A stretch of 64,000 nt of DNA from Dipteris shenzhenensis (taxonomy: Eukaryota), in assembly GCA_047967505.1 (NCBI GenBank), contig CM106538.1; one strand, written 5' to 3'. The notes beneath the pieces were generated by a model. It was not told where the DNA came from. It searched no databases and was given only the letters and a program-made list of their open reading frames with translations. This document shows positions 48,406 through 62,179 of this stretch, piece by piece. Within the stretch, counting starts at the first letter, position 1; the number at the start of each line of letters is the position of its first letter. Position numbers and translations under genes: made by a program.

Positions 48406-51400
48406 TCAAACACATATATAAATGAATGAAAAAAGAAGATTAGGATGGCCACCAAAACTTGTGTGGCTCTCTGTTTCTCTCTCTCCCTCTTTCGTTCTTG
48501 CTTCCGTTGAGAGCACTCTCACATCCTGCCTCCTATGTGTGGTAATCATCACCGTAAGAGGGTTATCAACAATTACGAGGGGGTTTTTCTTTTTCTCTTT
48601 GAAAAATTATATTTTTATCCATGAAAAGAAACTTTTTCAAAAAAGGCCGGCTCATGCTGAGCTCCATTCTTACTTTTACTTAGCAATGATGCTATTCTAG
48701 TTTATGCAAATTCATACAAACATGTAAGGTTCTTGTAAGTCATTCCTGCAATATCTCATCAAAGGTATCCAAGACCTTTGATGCATATTGTTAATTACAC
48801 TCGTCTCATTTGTCTCAAAATTATCTTACTAACTCAAAATACTAGGGTTATTCTATAAATTCAAAAATAAATGTCTTCCATAGAGTATTTTGAGCATGCT
48901 TCCCTAACAAGCTTTTGTTGGGTGCAGTGCAGATAACGGCCTTTGCTTGGCTCCAAAAAATCTTATTCTGTAGTGTTATATTGCTATAGATGAAGGGTCC
49001 CCCTTTTTTTTTGCTAATCGTCAAACCTCTAGGAAAAGTGGCCAAACTCACTTGCATCAATCAAGTGAAAATAATAGTTAGAACTGTTGTCTCCATCTTG
49101 TAACTGCAAGCTTTATAGCTTAACCACGGTTGTCATCCCTATCAAACCCAACATTTTGACTAGAAATATGGGGGAAGGGACTTTCTTAGTTAGAGACTCA
49201 GTTTACCATGTTAATGTGACCTCAGTCTGAAATTATCCTAAAAAAATTTCAGACATAGTATCGTTTCCACAATTTTCAAATTCTTTTTCTCTAAAATAGT
49301 CCTTTCATCCGTGAACTATCTTTATTTCCTGCCAGCTTCTCTTATTTATCCCTGTAAGCTTCTGCCATCAGGCATGGGGCAGTTGACATAAGTCAAATGT
49401 GATTAAAAAAACTGTAGGGAGCTAGCTGTAATATCGGTCCTTTGAAATCCCAATAAAGCTCCCACTTCTATGGGGAGGTTATTAGCTTGCAATCTAATCA
49501 TGATTTATAAATAGTCACGCAAGTATGCTCAAAATTAAAAAAGTATGATCATCAAGCTATAAAGAATCAAACCTCAAAGTATGACCAAGACTATAAGTGT
49601 GAGCATCCATCCATAAGTAATTAGGGAGTTTGCTTTGATGCAACTTAATCACGATTACAGCCAATCATCCAAGCATGTTCAAGATTTAAAAAATGGTCAT
49701 CAAGCTATAAAGCATTAGTTATTTAAGGTATGCCCAAGCTTAAAAACGTGAAAGTATCTAGCCATAACTAATTGTCTATTGCAGATGAGGGAGTATCCAT
49801 GATAGTTTTATCCAATATAAGTACCTCTGTAATCGAATTTGTAGCCAAGTATTCCTTGCAATGAGGAGATAAGATCTTAGAAATGAGGGTCACGGGGTCT
49901 TAGAGTGCCTGCACCTTACTGTAAGAATAGGATTTTTTATATAAAAGGGACTCGATGCCACTAGCCATCTCTTCATTGCATCTGCGAGCCCGTGCATACA
50001 TGACCGTATACCATATGGGGTCTCCCCTAGCAAGGCTTCCCCGTGCTATCTCCAGCAGTTGGCCATCCTTCAAAAGTAATTGTTGTTGTGGGGTCATGCA
50101 TGTCTTTTGATGTATAAAGGGCATTATCAGGGAACTTTCAGATAACCTCTCAATCCGCAACTACATCTATCATAGTTCCTTGTAGCTACTCTCTCAATGT
50201 TATGCATTTCATCAGACCAAAGACATCGAGGGGGTGAGAACCAAAGATCAAAGGGAGTCGTACATACCATTAGTCAATAAGCAATGAATCTTGTGGCAGA
50301 TCGAAGGGAATATGATCTAGAGAGCTCTACTATTACTTTGATACAAACTTTCTGTCACAAAAAGACCTTCCTAACAGTATAAAGATGTAGATAGTTGTTG
50401 ACGTATTCTGAATTCTAACTCGAAGGCTAATCCTCATGTGTTGTAGACGGACAAGAGCGAGATAGCGCACGAGTAGCATGTTCTAGCAAGTCCTAGTGAT
50501 AGCATATGAAACTAACACCGATTATTTCATTGACCTCTATGGAATTACTACCAATAGGTCTAGCACCTTGTCACACTCTACGTCTCCTCATAGTCTTAAT
50601 GTGTAGTTTGTGAGTGTATACAACTTTGTTTTCCATTGGGCTTCCATGTGCTGTGTTACCTAGCACTCTGCCATCTTTCGTGGGCTTCCCTATGCTATGT
50701 TGTTCAGCACTCTACCATTTTTTCGTGGAGTTCTCGGACTCCATCAGCTTGATACTACCGTAGCCTAGGGCAACTTGAGAAGGGCACACTATTCTAAGGA
50801 GATGTCTGTCTTGCTACGAGATGCCTCCCTATCTTAATGCGTGATACTGGTCTACCATGCGTGGAGGATGCATAGAGGCATTGGCTCTATTGTGCAGCTC
50901 CTCGTCCCCTTGGCAAGCTTCATAAGAAGTCCTAGGAGAGTGCTTGTGTTGGTAGCGCTTAGGAACAAGCAAACTTTCATCTGCTCTGCCATGCATGGCG
51001 GTGATTGAATAACAGTGGGGGGAGAAATGATGACCTGAATGCTCGCCATCCACTTTAGTTTGTTGAGGTTTTGTTGGCACATCGGGGTGCTTCTCCCAAG
51101 GCTCTAAATGCTTGTCAGTGCCTTCCTCCCTCATGTGCAGTTCGGCATCTCCAACTATCAGAGCTTTGGGCCAAGTCTACCACAGATTTGGCTCACCTCG
51201 TCTGCTACTCCCATCCTCAGGAGGCTTTGGATACCCTCAGTTTCCAGTGGGAGAGAAAGGGCAGGAAGGGGATGCATTAAAAGCGTACCCCTCCCCATTA
51301 CTTGCTATGGGGCTCCATGGCATGCCACCACATAATTGCCTTTTGGTGGTGGAGGGCTCGAGATCAAGGACCTTTGTCCTTATCCGGTGTTTCTCAAATA

Positions 51401-51738
51401 CTATAATATTTTTTTCAAAAACTCCCTTTCACCTCTCCAATAGCTAGAGGTTTCATGTATATTTGCGGGTATGTTGGGGTATATCCCTTGCCCTGTGTAT
51501 AATTTCCTAGGTCCTTTAGAAAACAAGGTCTACCCTACTTAGGGTCTATTTCTCCTCTAAGGTATCCATTTGTTCGATCACTTCTATCGTCGGTACTGGG
51601 TTTTCCTTTTATCTGGTGTGTGCTCAGATTGGTATATATTGCTATTAATTATACCGATGCATTCATTTATGGGAGTGAACTAGAGTTTACAAGGGGTCTC
51701 TATTCCTTGTTTGGTATCTCGGGTCCACCCTTTGGAAA

Positions 51739-53535
51739 GTGTGTGTGTGTGTGTGTTATGCCTGAAAATCGTCAATCCCACAGTGGGTCTGAGCTTATGA
51801 AGTCAGTGTGGGCAGTTGTCCACCCAAGTTCATAAATTGGGTTGGACTGTTGCACCATAGGTCATTGGTTCATAAGAGGGGAGTGGAGTGTACCTATCCA
51901 TCGTATCATTGTTCGATTGTCTATTGTACTGCCTAGGAAGTCCCTTTTGAGGTAATTCAAAATGATCCCACAACTCCTTTTTGGGTTGAATCCGTTGTTT
52001 GCAAACCTCCTTATCAATTTCTTGATCTGTAGAAAGGTGTTAAAGTCTTGACTCTCTATATAGATAATAGGCATTATTTGGGATAAGATGACCTTTTCTG
52101 CAAAAGATCTTGGCTGCGATTCCCATCCACCCAAATGTACTGGCATACTTCATAGTCCAGTTTCTCAAATTTCTCGTATTTGCTCATGATTTATACTCCA
52201 TTTTCCTTGTTTGCTATAGTGATGGCCATGTTAAGGAAGGTTACTTTTGTCCCCATGGGCTCATTATAAGGCTCCATGGCATACATCCTCATGGTTTCTT
52301 TTATTTCTGGGAACTCCAATGGGTAGATCCAATAGGGATTGAGGGGATGCCTTGGTGAGGAAGGGTCCAGGAATCGTTTGGGGTTTGGTACATTTACCAA
52401 TAGGATGTCATCCATGTATCTTGCAGAGTGCCTAAAGCCCTCCAGTGCATGTTTCTCTTTTAATTTCCATAATCTAATAGTAAAGTTGTATTCGAACTAG
52501 AAGAGGTAAAGTTTACACCATAGTGGTGAGCATGCAAAACCCATGGGGATACTAGATATTTGTTTGTATACATTTCCTCCTAGGGTTAGGTGCATATTAG
52601 TAAGTAGCCAGGTATTGATCCCTATCAGTTCTTCCTTTGACACTGAGGGGTTTTTGGATCCCCTTTTATTGTGCCAATATGCTTCGTGGTTCCTCTTTAT
52701 GCCAATGAGTTTTTTGTTGGTCTATGAAAATGCTAGGCCGATCACCCTCTCCATGACTTCGATTAGTCCATCCTTCCCTTCGAGGGGTATGCTTTCAAAG
52801 CATTTTCCAATGTCTGTCATGAATACTAAGCTTATCTTTCATGGTAAGTTTATTCTTGTATCATATATTGATTTCACAATCCAAAATGCCTTGGATGGAA
52901 CCCCTAACTCCCTGGTGATTTGGTCTTGTACCGTGGCGCATGCCATCATCAGCAATTCTAGGCATACCTTGAGAGTTGAGTCAATAAAGGATGCTATCTC
53001 CGAAAAGATGCATGGATGGGAATTTGTTATCCACCAAAAGGTATTCTTATGTGCTTTGTATGTGCACATTAAGTAGGGTAGTGAGTATTTCTCAATTGGT
53101 TGGGCAAACCAGTATCTCCTTGGCCAGTTGATCAAGGATGTTCCCTCTTGGACTTGTGTGAAGTCCTTGCTGTTTAGTCTCTCTTCCGCTAGGGAGAAAA
53201 TCAGTTTCCTACAAATGAAGGCCAGGATAGCTACTAATTTGTCAGTAGATGTAATCAGGAAATTGGTGTTTAACCATTCCATATTAGCCATTGCGTTGTA
53301 TGATTGAAAAAGGGTGCCTCTTATGTGGGAATCTCGATTTAATCAAACTCTCTAAGAATTCCCTTGTATATTTCTAAAAGGGTATTGTAAGTTGACCAAG
53401 TTGGATCATGGTTTGTTCTCCCATAAACATGGTTAGTTCAACCCATGCATCTATCAATGTATCAAGTGCTCCTTCTACTTCAACTTGCTCTCTAGGGACA
53501 TGGTTCAGTCCTCATGATGGTGTCTGAACTATGGG
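51739..53535 (-). mobile_element. Penelope-like retroelement RT (Naiad/Chlamys-like), 5'-truncated and decayed, ending at (CA)n
   Basis: Minus strand: GLNHVP; ITSTDK...AFICR; LPYLMCTYKAHK; FWIVKS; YKQISSIPMGFACSPLWCKLYLF*FEY (~52495-52575); RYMDDILLVN; WIYP; VTFLNM. (GT)n at 51739-51756. Confidence 0.85.
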
Positions 53536-53549
53536 GCAAGTATGCAAAA

Positions 53550-56500
53550 CCAATTGAGGATGGCAGTGTGGAATTGTAATGGCACCCTATGGTCTGAGAC
53601 CTAGGGGATTTCTTGGAGACATACCATAACATAGATGTGATTTTCTACACCGAGACACATGAAAGCCCAAAGAGATGGCTAACCCATAGTGACAGAATCT
53701 ACATGGGAGTCTACCCACAGGAAGGAACTGAGGAGGGATACTGGGGTACGAGGATCCGAAGGTGTGGTTGTTCTTTTCAGATCACATCTGAGGCCACTCC
53801 TTTCTATGATACAAAAAGAGAAGCATGCATGACACATGTGGATTCGGGTCCAGTTACTATAAACACACAGCCAACTTTCATTGCAGTATGTTACTTTCCC
53901 CCAGACACATCATCCTATGCACGAGAAGTCACCACAAACGGGCACAGCCCATATGAGACTATTCATGATGATATCATGGAGTTCTCCAGACATGGGGACA
54001 CTCTCCTCCTTGGTGACTTCAATGCACATACTAGGAATAGACAGGTAGGCCTATTAGATCTCGATGAGGATTCCCTCATAGTACCGAAGATGGATGCAAC
54101 AAAGTCGGGGATCGTGAGGTAGTTGCGGCAGATGAAATGCACCAGTGATGATAGCATATGGGAGATATTTACTCCAGCTGGGGGCTATACATGACTTGAT
54201 CATATATAGCGGCCTTTGAAGATGTCCATCATCTAGTGGACTCACCTGTTTCCCACATGGAGGGGGGAGTAATACGATAGACTACTTGCTCGGTCCAATG
54301 GCACTGGCTCCATGGCAGATACATGATTTTATTATGCCGCCCCCTCCACTCGAAGCCAACCACTCATCTATATATCGGTCGCCACGCCAACCCATGAGGA
54401 GGGCCAAACACTCATGTTCAGATCCATTTTGACCGTGCTCTTGACCCGATGTACATGAGCCACTTGGCTTCTGAGCTTCTAGTACTACTTGGTGATGGGA
54501 TGGACCTCGCACATGCATCAAACACTCTTATATTGGTGATACAAGATGTTGCTGCCAAATCCTTTCCCACGACATGACCTGCACATGTTCTAGATGGGAA
54601 GATGCCCCAAAATCCATTGTTTGATGATGAGTGCAGAGAGATGAGATCCCACCTTACACATGAGATAGCATTGGGACATTTGAATCCACTAGAGGCACAT
54701 TGGATCTCATGCTGAATGACACGGTGTAAGAAGCGGCTTTCCTCATGCACAGGATGGATGAGGTGATCAGTTCCTTTTGTAGAGAAGATCCTACCACAGC
54801 GGGTTGGGGACTCCTATGAGAAGGGAATTCACCCATTCCCATCACAAATCCCGTAGTCTAGCACACATATGCTTGCTCTCTATATGGTGTCCCAGGTCAG
54901 GCACCACCTAATATGTCCTCTATGCCTAGACCCACCACATGTCATCTGTTTACTTCACAGAATATATGAGTTGCCCTTCTTCAGCTTCATAACCGATGAT
55001 CACTAGATCATGAGGGAATACGCACTAAGCATTTTGCGCATGGGCAAGAGATCCTGACCCTGATATTAGCACAATTGTTCAATTTATGCCATATGCCATG
55101 GCATAGCGGGCACTTGGGCATGCAGGATTTTGGAGACAGCACTCTAGCCTGGATCACATTTTCACCCTGATTGCTATTATTGAGGAGGTGAAGTCAAGGC
55201 GTTAGCATGTCTACACTTGCTTCGTAGATTTTCATAAGGCATTTGGCACTGTCCCATGCTCTCGCCTAATCAAGAAGTTATAGGAGTTATGGCTCCTAGA
55301 TATCATGATTTGGGGGGTCATGAGTCTATATGAGTCTGTAAGAGGGAGGATACGTGCCCCGAGAGTCTTATCAGACTGGATTGAGAGCACCATCAAAGTT
55401 AAGCAAGGTTGTCCCCTATCACCAAGTCTCTTCGAGCTCTATATTGATGAGATCACTTCTTTTGTCGATCGACTAGGCAGAGAGGGTTCGCTCTTGGCTG
55501 ACCTGATGGTGCAAATATTGTTGTATGCTGATGACATAGTCCTCATATCATCCTCAGTAGAGGGGGTTGTAGAAACATCTAGTGGCTCTGGAGATGTTCT
55601 GTCGGGAGAGAGACTTGACAGTTAACCTTGGAAAGACCACGGTTATGGTCTTCAACACCTCACAAGCAGCATCCTGTCACCATAGTTTTAGATACTATGG
55701 CAAGCCTGTGGAGACAGTGCAGTCCTACACATATTTGGGGATAGTGTTCACTGGGCCAGGTTTCACAATGATCCATGTGAGTAAAGCACAACTCACATGA
55801 GGACGGGGTGCTCTGGCCTGACTAGAGAGGCGATGCTTCCAGGACCCCTCGATGAAGGGTTGGCTCTTTGACACACTGGTGAGACCGATTGCCATGTACA
55901 CAGCACCTTTTGGGGGAGTGATATTTCAGTGCAACATAGTGGAAGAGATTTGAGAGACTGCAGGTGACCATGGGATCTAGGATGATTCAGAGTAAACCCT
56001 CAGTCCCCCATCAAATTATATAGGCATAGTTTGCCATGACCCCTCTCCAGGTTGATGCCATCTTTCAGACAGTGGCATTCCTCCACAGAGTTTGGGCCTT
56101 ACCCTAGTGGAGACTACTGAGGTTAGCACTTGAGTCCTCCAGGCAACTAGCAAAGAGTGGTGTTGATACGACATGGTACGCATGGATATCCACATGGTTT
56201 GGTAGTCACGGCATTCAGATGAGGGACAGACTTCCCCCCTTTTAGTACAGTCTGGACGTACCACTCGAGATGATCCCACGAGATGAGATCAATCGTATCA
56301 TACTATTGGACCTCCTCCAACTCCATACATCTAGGGCTTGGGGGGGAGAGGATCTCTCCACCAAGCTCCAGTTCTACCATGATCAATTCTTAGAGCATCG
56401 TCTCTTGTCATCAGACCTTGGTATCTTGAGGACAAAATAATAGGAGAGTTTCACATGCATTGAGGATCGCCATTGGTTAGGTACGAGTCTCATCACATCA

Positions 56501-57419
56501 ATTGCGGATTGAGATAGGGAGAGTTGTAGGCATACCCAGAGAGCAAAGAACTTGCACACTATGCTAGGGAGATCGAGATGGAGGAGCATTTTCTATGTGT
56601 CTATCCGGTCTACTATGAGATCCAAGGATGATATCACTGCCTCTTTCAGGAGGGGCATGGCTTTGGTCCACTCATGCGGTTGATACATTTTCATGATCAA
56701 GTCTATGTTGGGCTCTACCTACTTGAGATGCACTAATAGAGAGACACAATATTGCGACATGCCATAGAGTAGCATGGACTGATGCCACAGGTCACCATTG
56801 ACAGATCATAGACTTTTGTCACAAACTTCTATGCATCGGAGTCATATCAGTGTAGCTGAGGGAGAGGAACTTGATGAGATGAGAGCATCATGGATTAGTA
56901 GTAGGACTATCCACCAGGATGTGATCAGGCGAGTCACACACACTCCACATATGACATGGAGAGAGCCCAGAGTACGCATGATCGAAGGTCCAACCTATCT
57001 CATCCCTTCTTCTTAGAGGTGACTGCTAGAGACTAGGCATCACCCTTGATGTAGCCCACCAGATCCAGAGATCAAGGAGACCACGCCCTCCCCCACATCG
57101 TGAGACAACTCAACAGACATAGATACGAGAGCTTCTCACATCTCATCAGAGTGCCGCCAGGTTACTTGGATATATGGAACCTAAGCACGTACTAGGAGTG
57201 CTAGCCCTAAGCGCCTTCTGCTACTTTGCTACTCTAGTATTTTGGTTTGCTCACTAGCTGAGCATGTTAGCATTTTATCTTTTGCTTTCAGTTTTTTCAA
57301 TTTTTAGCTCTTAGCAAGGGTCTTAGTGAACCCTTTGCTTCAGCCCTCAGGTATGAGGTATTTCTTGGGTTTGCACTTTGTCTCATAGGCCCGCAAGGCC
57401 TCTCGCAGACATTAATATA

Positions 57420-57473
<54 letters not shown>
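53550..57473 (+). mobile_element. RTE/RTEX-like non-LTR retrotransposon (APE-RT-C-terminal Cys/His motif), decayed, ending at (CT)n
   Basis: VWNCNG; IFYTETH; CYFPP; LLGDFNAHT; TIDY; FVDFHKAF; KQGCPLSP; LLYADD; YTYLGIVF; SSHQLRIEIGR; C..C...EEHFL. (CT)n at ~57425-57473. Confidence 0.85.
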
Positions 57474-57475
<2 letters not shown>

Positions 57476-57499
57476 TCCATCATTTTTTAGAAGAACCTA

Positions 57500-60400
57500 A
57501 GCGGGGGTGCTTTCAAGGAGGTGATCTCTTCTTATTTAGTGAAACTTTGAAGGAGTGCCAAGAACCAAATTATAAGAGATTGGCAAGTAGGTAAAAGAAA
57601 TTTCCAAGGAATTTAAAAACACAAGCCAGTTGGTCACCCCTAAAAAAAGAACACAATACAAATTTTGGCTATTTTCAAAAGCACATTGCCCATAGCCCAC
57701 ACTGCCATGGCAGTCAAAACAACACTAGCAAAGTGCAAAGCTTAGATCAAATAAGGCCCGACTAGCGAGTCGTTTATCATGGACTTTAAAAGGACCACAA
57801 TTGACCTTTCATGGTGGTTGAGCCCACCTTCTTCTTAAAAAATCTCTTGATTTCACATGGCCCACATAGCCAACATCACAACTACACAACTGCAATGCTA
57901 ACACACTACCAAAATAGACCAATACCCAAGGGGTCACCATCAAGAATAGAGCTCCACTTCAAAGACAAGGAAAACCACGCCATCAGACCCACTTGCCTGA
58001 TAGCCCCCTCAATAAGCCGCAAGCTCCGTTGGTAATAGGACATGACCAACAAGTGAATGCTTTTTTCAATAGACCCCCTATAGGGCGGGCAATAGAATTA
58101 ACCTCTAGCCATTTAGCTATTCTTTACCTTGTAGATATGTAAGACTTTCCACATCAAAAAACTAGCTCTGCCAAGACTTTCCACAACAAAAAACTAGCTT
58201 TGCCAACCTAACAACCCCACCACATCTCCTTGAGCTAGGATTTCCACCAGCAACTAGGGCTCCACCATCTAAACTTCCACTTGGCATTGAGAGTTGCTAA
58301 CAACGATTGCCTCTCCATGAGACATCTATAGACTAGCCTTGCAGACAACTTCCTCAAATTTGTCTTCCAAATACACCATTAGTTCACCCTCCAATCTAAG
58401 GAGATCACACAATTGGAGGGCCAATCCATAGGGATACAAGTTCTTACCAAAGTCACTAGAGCCATTTCCTTATCATTAAGCCTAAATTGAGCCTAGTTTT
58501 CTTCCATCAGGTTCTAGCAAGCCATCCTCACATTCCAAAGCTACAACCAAGTACTCACTCCTTCCTCTGCAAATTTCTTTCTTCAGGTAAATCTAGTACT
58601 GCTAATAGTTTATTCCTCGAGCAAATTCCTTGCTTGAGGTAAATCTTATAGCACCAACAATTTATTCTCCACAGTGACTACCCAACTCTTTCACAAAGAC
58701 TTGCATCAACATGATGGCATGATCTCCCTCTTCAACATATCAGGTGATTGCATGCCTTGGAAGCTTCTATAAGGCTGGAGATTATGACAGATCTCACAAT
58801 CTTCAAAGCAAACCATTGACATCCTTTGTCACACCAAGAGAGATCTCACCAAGTTCTAGCCCCTCTACTCTTCTCGTTCTCTAAGAACCATCTAACAATT
58901 TCTACCTAAGGGGCTTTACATTAAAAAGAAGAGGTAGCCACTTACATAACAACAAAACATTCCTCAATCCCACATCTGGAACATCCAAACCACCTTTCAA
59001 TATAGGTAGTTTGAGAGCCTCCTAAGGAATGTAATGCATCTTATGCGTTCCTTGCTCCTCAAACCACAAGAACGCTTGGAGAAGTCTCTCAATCTCCATC
59101 CAATGGCTTTTCTAAAGTTCCAAAGGGATGAAAAATACGTTGTAGAAGCTATCAATGCCCACTAAATCAAGAGGACCTAGGCACTTTAGCCCAAACAAAT
59201 CCGATGCAAGCATGAATCTTATGCCTGATTCTCTCTTTCAACCAATCAAAACTATGCTTGAGGGATAAGCCCATACCCAGGGGGTCTCCCAAATATTTGA
59301 CTACCACACGTCTCTCTATCCATTTCATTCATAGAGTTGTTGCCCAACTTGGAAGGTTCTTGAAGTCTTGGACCAACTACATTTAGATCCTTAAACCTCA
59401 CAAAACTTAGTCAATGTGTTACACAAATTGGTCATACTCTCTTGAATCTCCATGAAAAGGACAATATATCATTGGCAAAAAGTTGCAGACACACTTGCTT
59501 GCCCTTTAAGGAAGGGCAACACCTTTAATTAGGCCTTTCTCCACACACCTTTTCAACACATTATTCAAGGGGATTGCATAGATGGTAAAAAGCAAGGGTG
59601 AAAGAGGGTGGCCCTATTTAATTGACCTGTTGAAATCAAATTGACCAACAATCCCTCCATCAAGCAAAGAATAGTTGAGGTATTCCCAAGCAAACTACTC
59701 ACCATTGTGCTAAAGGTCAGCCCAAACCCCAAACAATCCAAGACTAAAGAGATGAAATCCCATCTACCCTGTCATAGGCCTATCTAGATCAAAGTCCACC
59801 AAAACCTAAGAAAAATCCAACATACAATTAAATCAAAAGTGCATCACAACATTGTTGGGCTATGGAAGATGCATATTCCAAGTCTAAAGAAACATTAAGG
59901 ATATTTTTTAAATGTCTCTAGCCTTATGAACCCATTTTGTTCATGGTCTACCACCAAAATGCAAATTTTGTGGATTTTGAGAGCCATCGCTTTGGTAATG
60001 ACTTTATAGAAGGTATTTAGCATCAAAATTGGTCTCCAATCTCCCACCTTTACCCTATTATGATGCTTAGGAAATAGTTTGACTCACTTGGTATTCACAT
60101 TTATCGACAGATCCCCTTTTCACAGTAGCAATTGCCATTGCCATAGGATCCTACTTGATGACCTTCCAAAATGCCACATAAAATTTCACTGTGAAGCCAT
60201 TTAGCCCTAGGTACTTAAATCTTCACCTTCCAGAGCTCTTCCTCACAATAAAGGGCCCAATCAAAATTTGCCTTTGAACCTTTGAGGCCTTACACTCCAA
60301 TTCATACAACACATTCTAAAACTTCTCCTTCCAGCTCTTGAGCAGCTCTTATCTTACAAACCAGTCAAGCCCACCACCTCCCCCAAAATCGCCTGAAAAA

Positions 60401-60560
60401 AATCTTTGCACTACAAATTTTTTAAACTAAAATTGACTGACACATCCATTGACTTGCCGGCTTAAACCAACCAGGAAAATTTCTAGGCTATGGGGACATG
60501 ACTTGGGATCCCTGTGTTTAGAAAGTACTCCCCTCCCATAGGGGCTCTCATCCACCAGCC
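57500..60560 (-). mobile_element. L1-clade LINE ORF2 (RT region), heavily decayed
   Basis: Minus strand: G.NGFTVKFYVAFW (~60160-60215); DWRPILMLNTFYKVITKA; EQNGFI; AYDRV; RSIK*GHPLSPLLF; QLFAND; KYLG; KGGLDVP. Confidence 0.85.
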
Positions 60561-60599
60561 CTCAGAAGAATAGAGCCGATCAATCTTCTAGCATAGAAA

Positions 60600-60934
60600 T
60601 AAACACCCTTTTGTCTTCTATTGTTCCATGAAACACCCTTTTGTCTTCTATTGCTCCATGAAACCCCCCCACCAGCTTTTAGAGAGTTTCTCATTGAGCC
60701 TTGTCTAACGATCATTTCTCTTAGACTGGGAGATATGCTAGCCACCTTAAACTCAAAACCCACACTGTTGTCAATGCAACCAATATGTACCACCCCTCTC
60801 CATCCCGAAACAAGTGAGCCTTCTCTAATGATCATTTCTCTCACATTAGGAGATATGCTAGCCACCTTAAACTCAAAACCTACATTTGTCGATGCAACTG
60901 CTATGTACCAGCCCTCTCCATCTCGAAACAAGTA
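60600..60934. repeat. Local tandem duplications (~30 bp x2 and ~119 bp x2)
   Basis: AAACACCCTTTTGTCTTCTATTG occurs twice. GAGCCTT...GGAGATATGCTAGCCACCTTAAACTCAAAACC...GAAACAAGT occurs at ~60697 and ~60816. Confidence 0.9.
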
Positions 60935-60939
60935 ATGCA

Positions 60940-61720
60940 AGACTATAGAACCATACATTAAAATAGCCACCCACCCTTGCCTCAAAAAGGACTTCAAAAC
61001 CAAAGTGACAGAGGGAAAGCCAAAGCCCATCATTCTCATTGCATTTCAACTCTTGATGAAGAAAAAGATGAGGCTTCCTATTCCTAATTACAGAAATACA
61101 CTCTTTCATCTACACTTTGTGACAACAACCCCTAAGATTCCATGACATCATGGATACACTCGCATGCTAGACCCACACCTCCTACTCATGGTGGTATTGT
61201 TTGGGCAAGAACTTTGCATGCATCTTGTCAGAAATGGAAATGATTTTCCTTACCTCCCTTTGAACTTTTGGCTGCCTTCTTAAGGAGTTTCGAGACATTG
61301 CACGGAGCCGAAGCGTTTGCCTTTGACATTGCTTCCATAAGCAGCTTCTTCGGTCCGAGTTTCTCCTCATGGGTCCTCTTCTTGTGATTAGCCATTGGCA
61401 AATCCTCCTTTAGTACTTGGTCCCTCTCTAGTTGGGGACACAAGGAGACTACTCTGCAGAGTCAATTTTTCATATTCAAAAACTTGGACCATATCCTTAC
61501 CTTGCCAATAGTCTTCCAGGGCTCCTCATTCGGTGGATTTGGAACCTTTTTTGCACTTCCAGGTTGCGATGATGCATCATGCAAATCTATCGTTGGAAGA
61601 GTATCCCTTGCTTGCAAATTAACATGCTCCAAGACCTCTTATGGAACCTCCTTCATGTCGGGCATCTTGTCACCCTTTGTGACAAATGAAATAAGAATCT
61701 AGGAAGGGCCCAAACTACAC
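60940..61720 (-). pseudogene. Possible L1 ORF1 remnant
   Basis: DQVFEYEN followed by a Cys-containing, lysine-rich segment, upstream of and co-oriented with the L1 RT. Confidence 0.4.
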
Positions 61721-62179
61721 CTGATTTTCTCATCCACAACCATGGCATCGAAATATATGTTGTAACTGGACAATGGGATCGAGCAAACACAATTTGTCTG
61801 ACAACCTAACATCAACATAATCAAGGATCTCTTGGGTTCTATCCCACAAAATCCAGGCCTCCATGGCCCCAAAAACTATATGTGTCAATGGATGATCAAC
61901 ACCTACAAAGAGACTCCCATCAAGACAGGCATGCGAGGAAAGTTGATAGTCATGAAACATGAACTCATATGAAATGACCAAGATAGTAGTGCCTTCAAAA
62001 ACAAGAGTGCATGTCCACACAGGAGCACTGGCTCTGATTTGTGAGCTGCACAGGTCTCTAGACACATGGAAGACATATTAGGGCATGTAGTTCCAATCAA
62101 ATTGATTAGGATATGAATTTATTTGTTAAAAAGGCTAGTAAAACCGGTTCTTTTTTTGTTAAAAACAATGAAAATGTGA

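Larger units (their letters stand above)
29572..48521 (+). mobile_element. Tork/Tnt1-like Ty1/Copia element (outer member of the nest), 5' LTR split by a Gypsy insertion
   Basis: 5' LTR is 29572-29619 plus 42927-43050. PBS TGGTATCAGAGCC at 43053-43065. Partial 3' LTR 48406-48521. TSD CATCT (29567-29571) versus CATCC (48522-48526). Confidence 0.8.

Noticed and set aside
48850-50400. Decayed minus-strand LINE RT (IARGSLARGDP resembles RGxRQGDP)
   Set aside because: A single imperfect motif with no recognisable YADD or other supporting motifs.
50800-51730. Host gene or PLE endonuclease in overlapping short ORFs
   Set aside because: No recognisable motif, no GIY-YIG and no exon structure.
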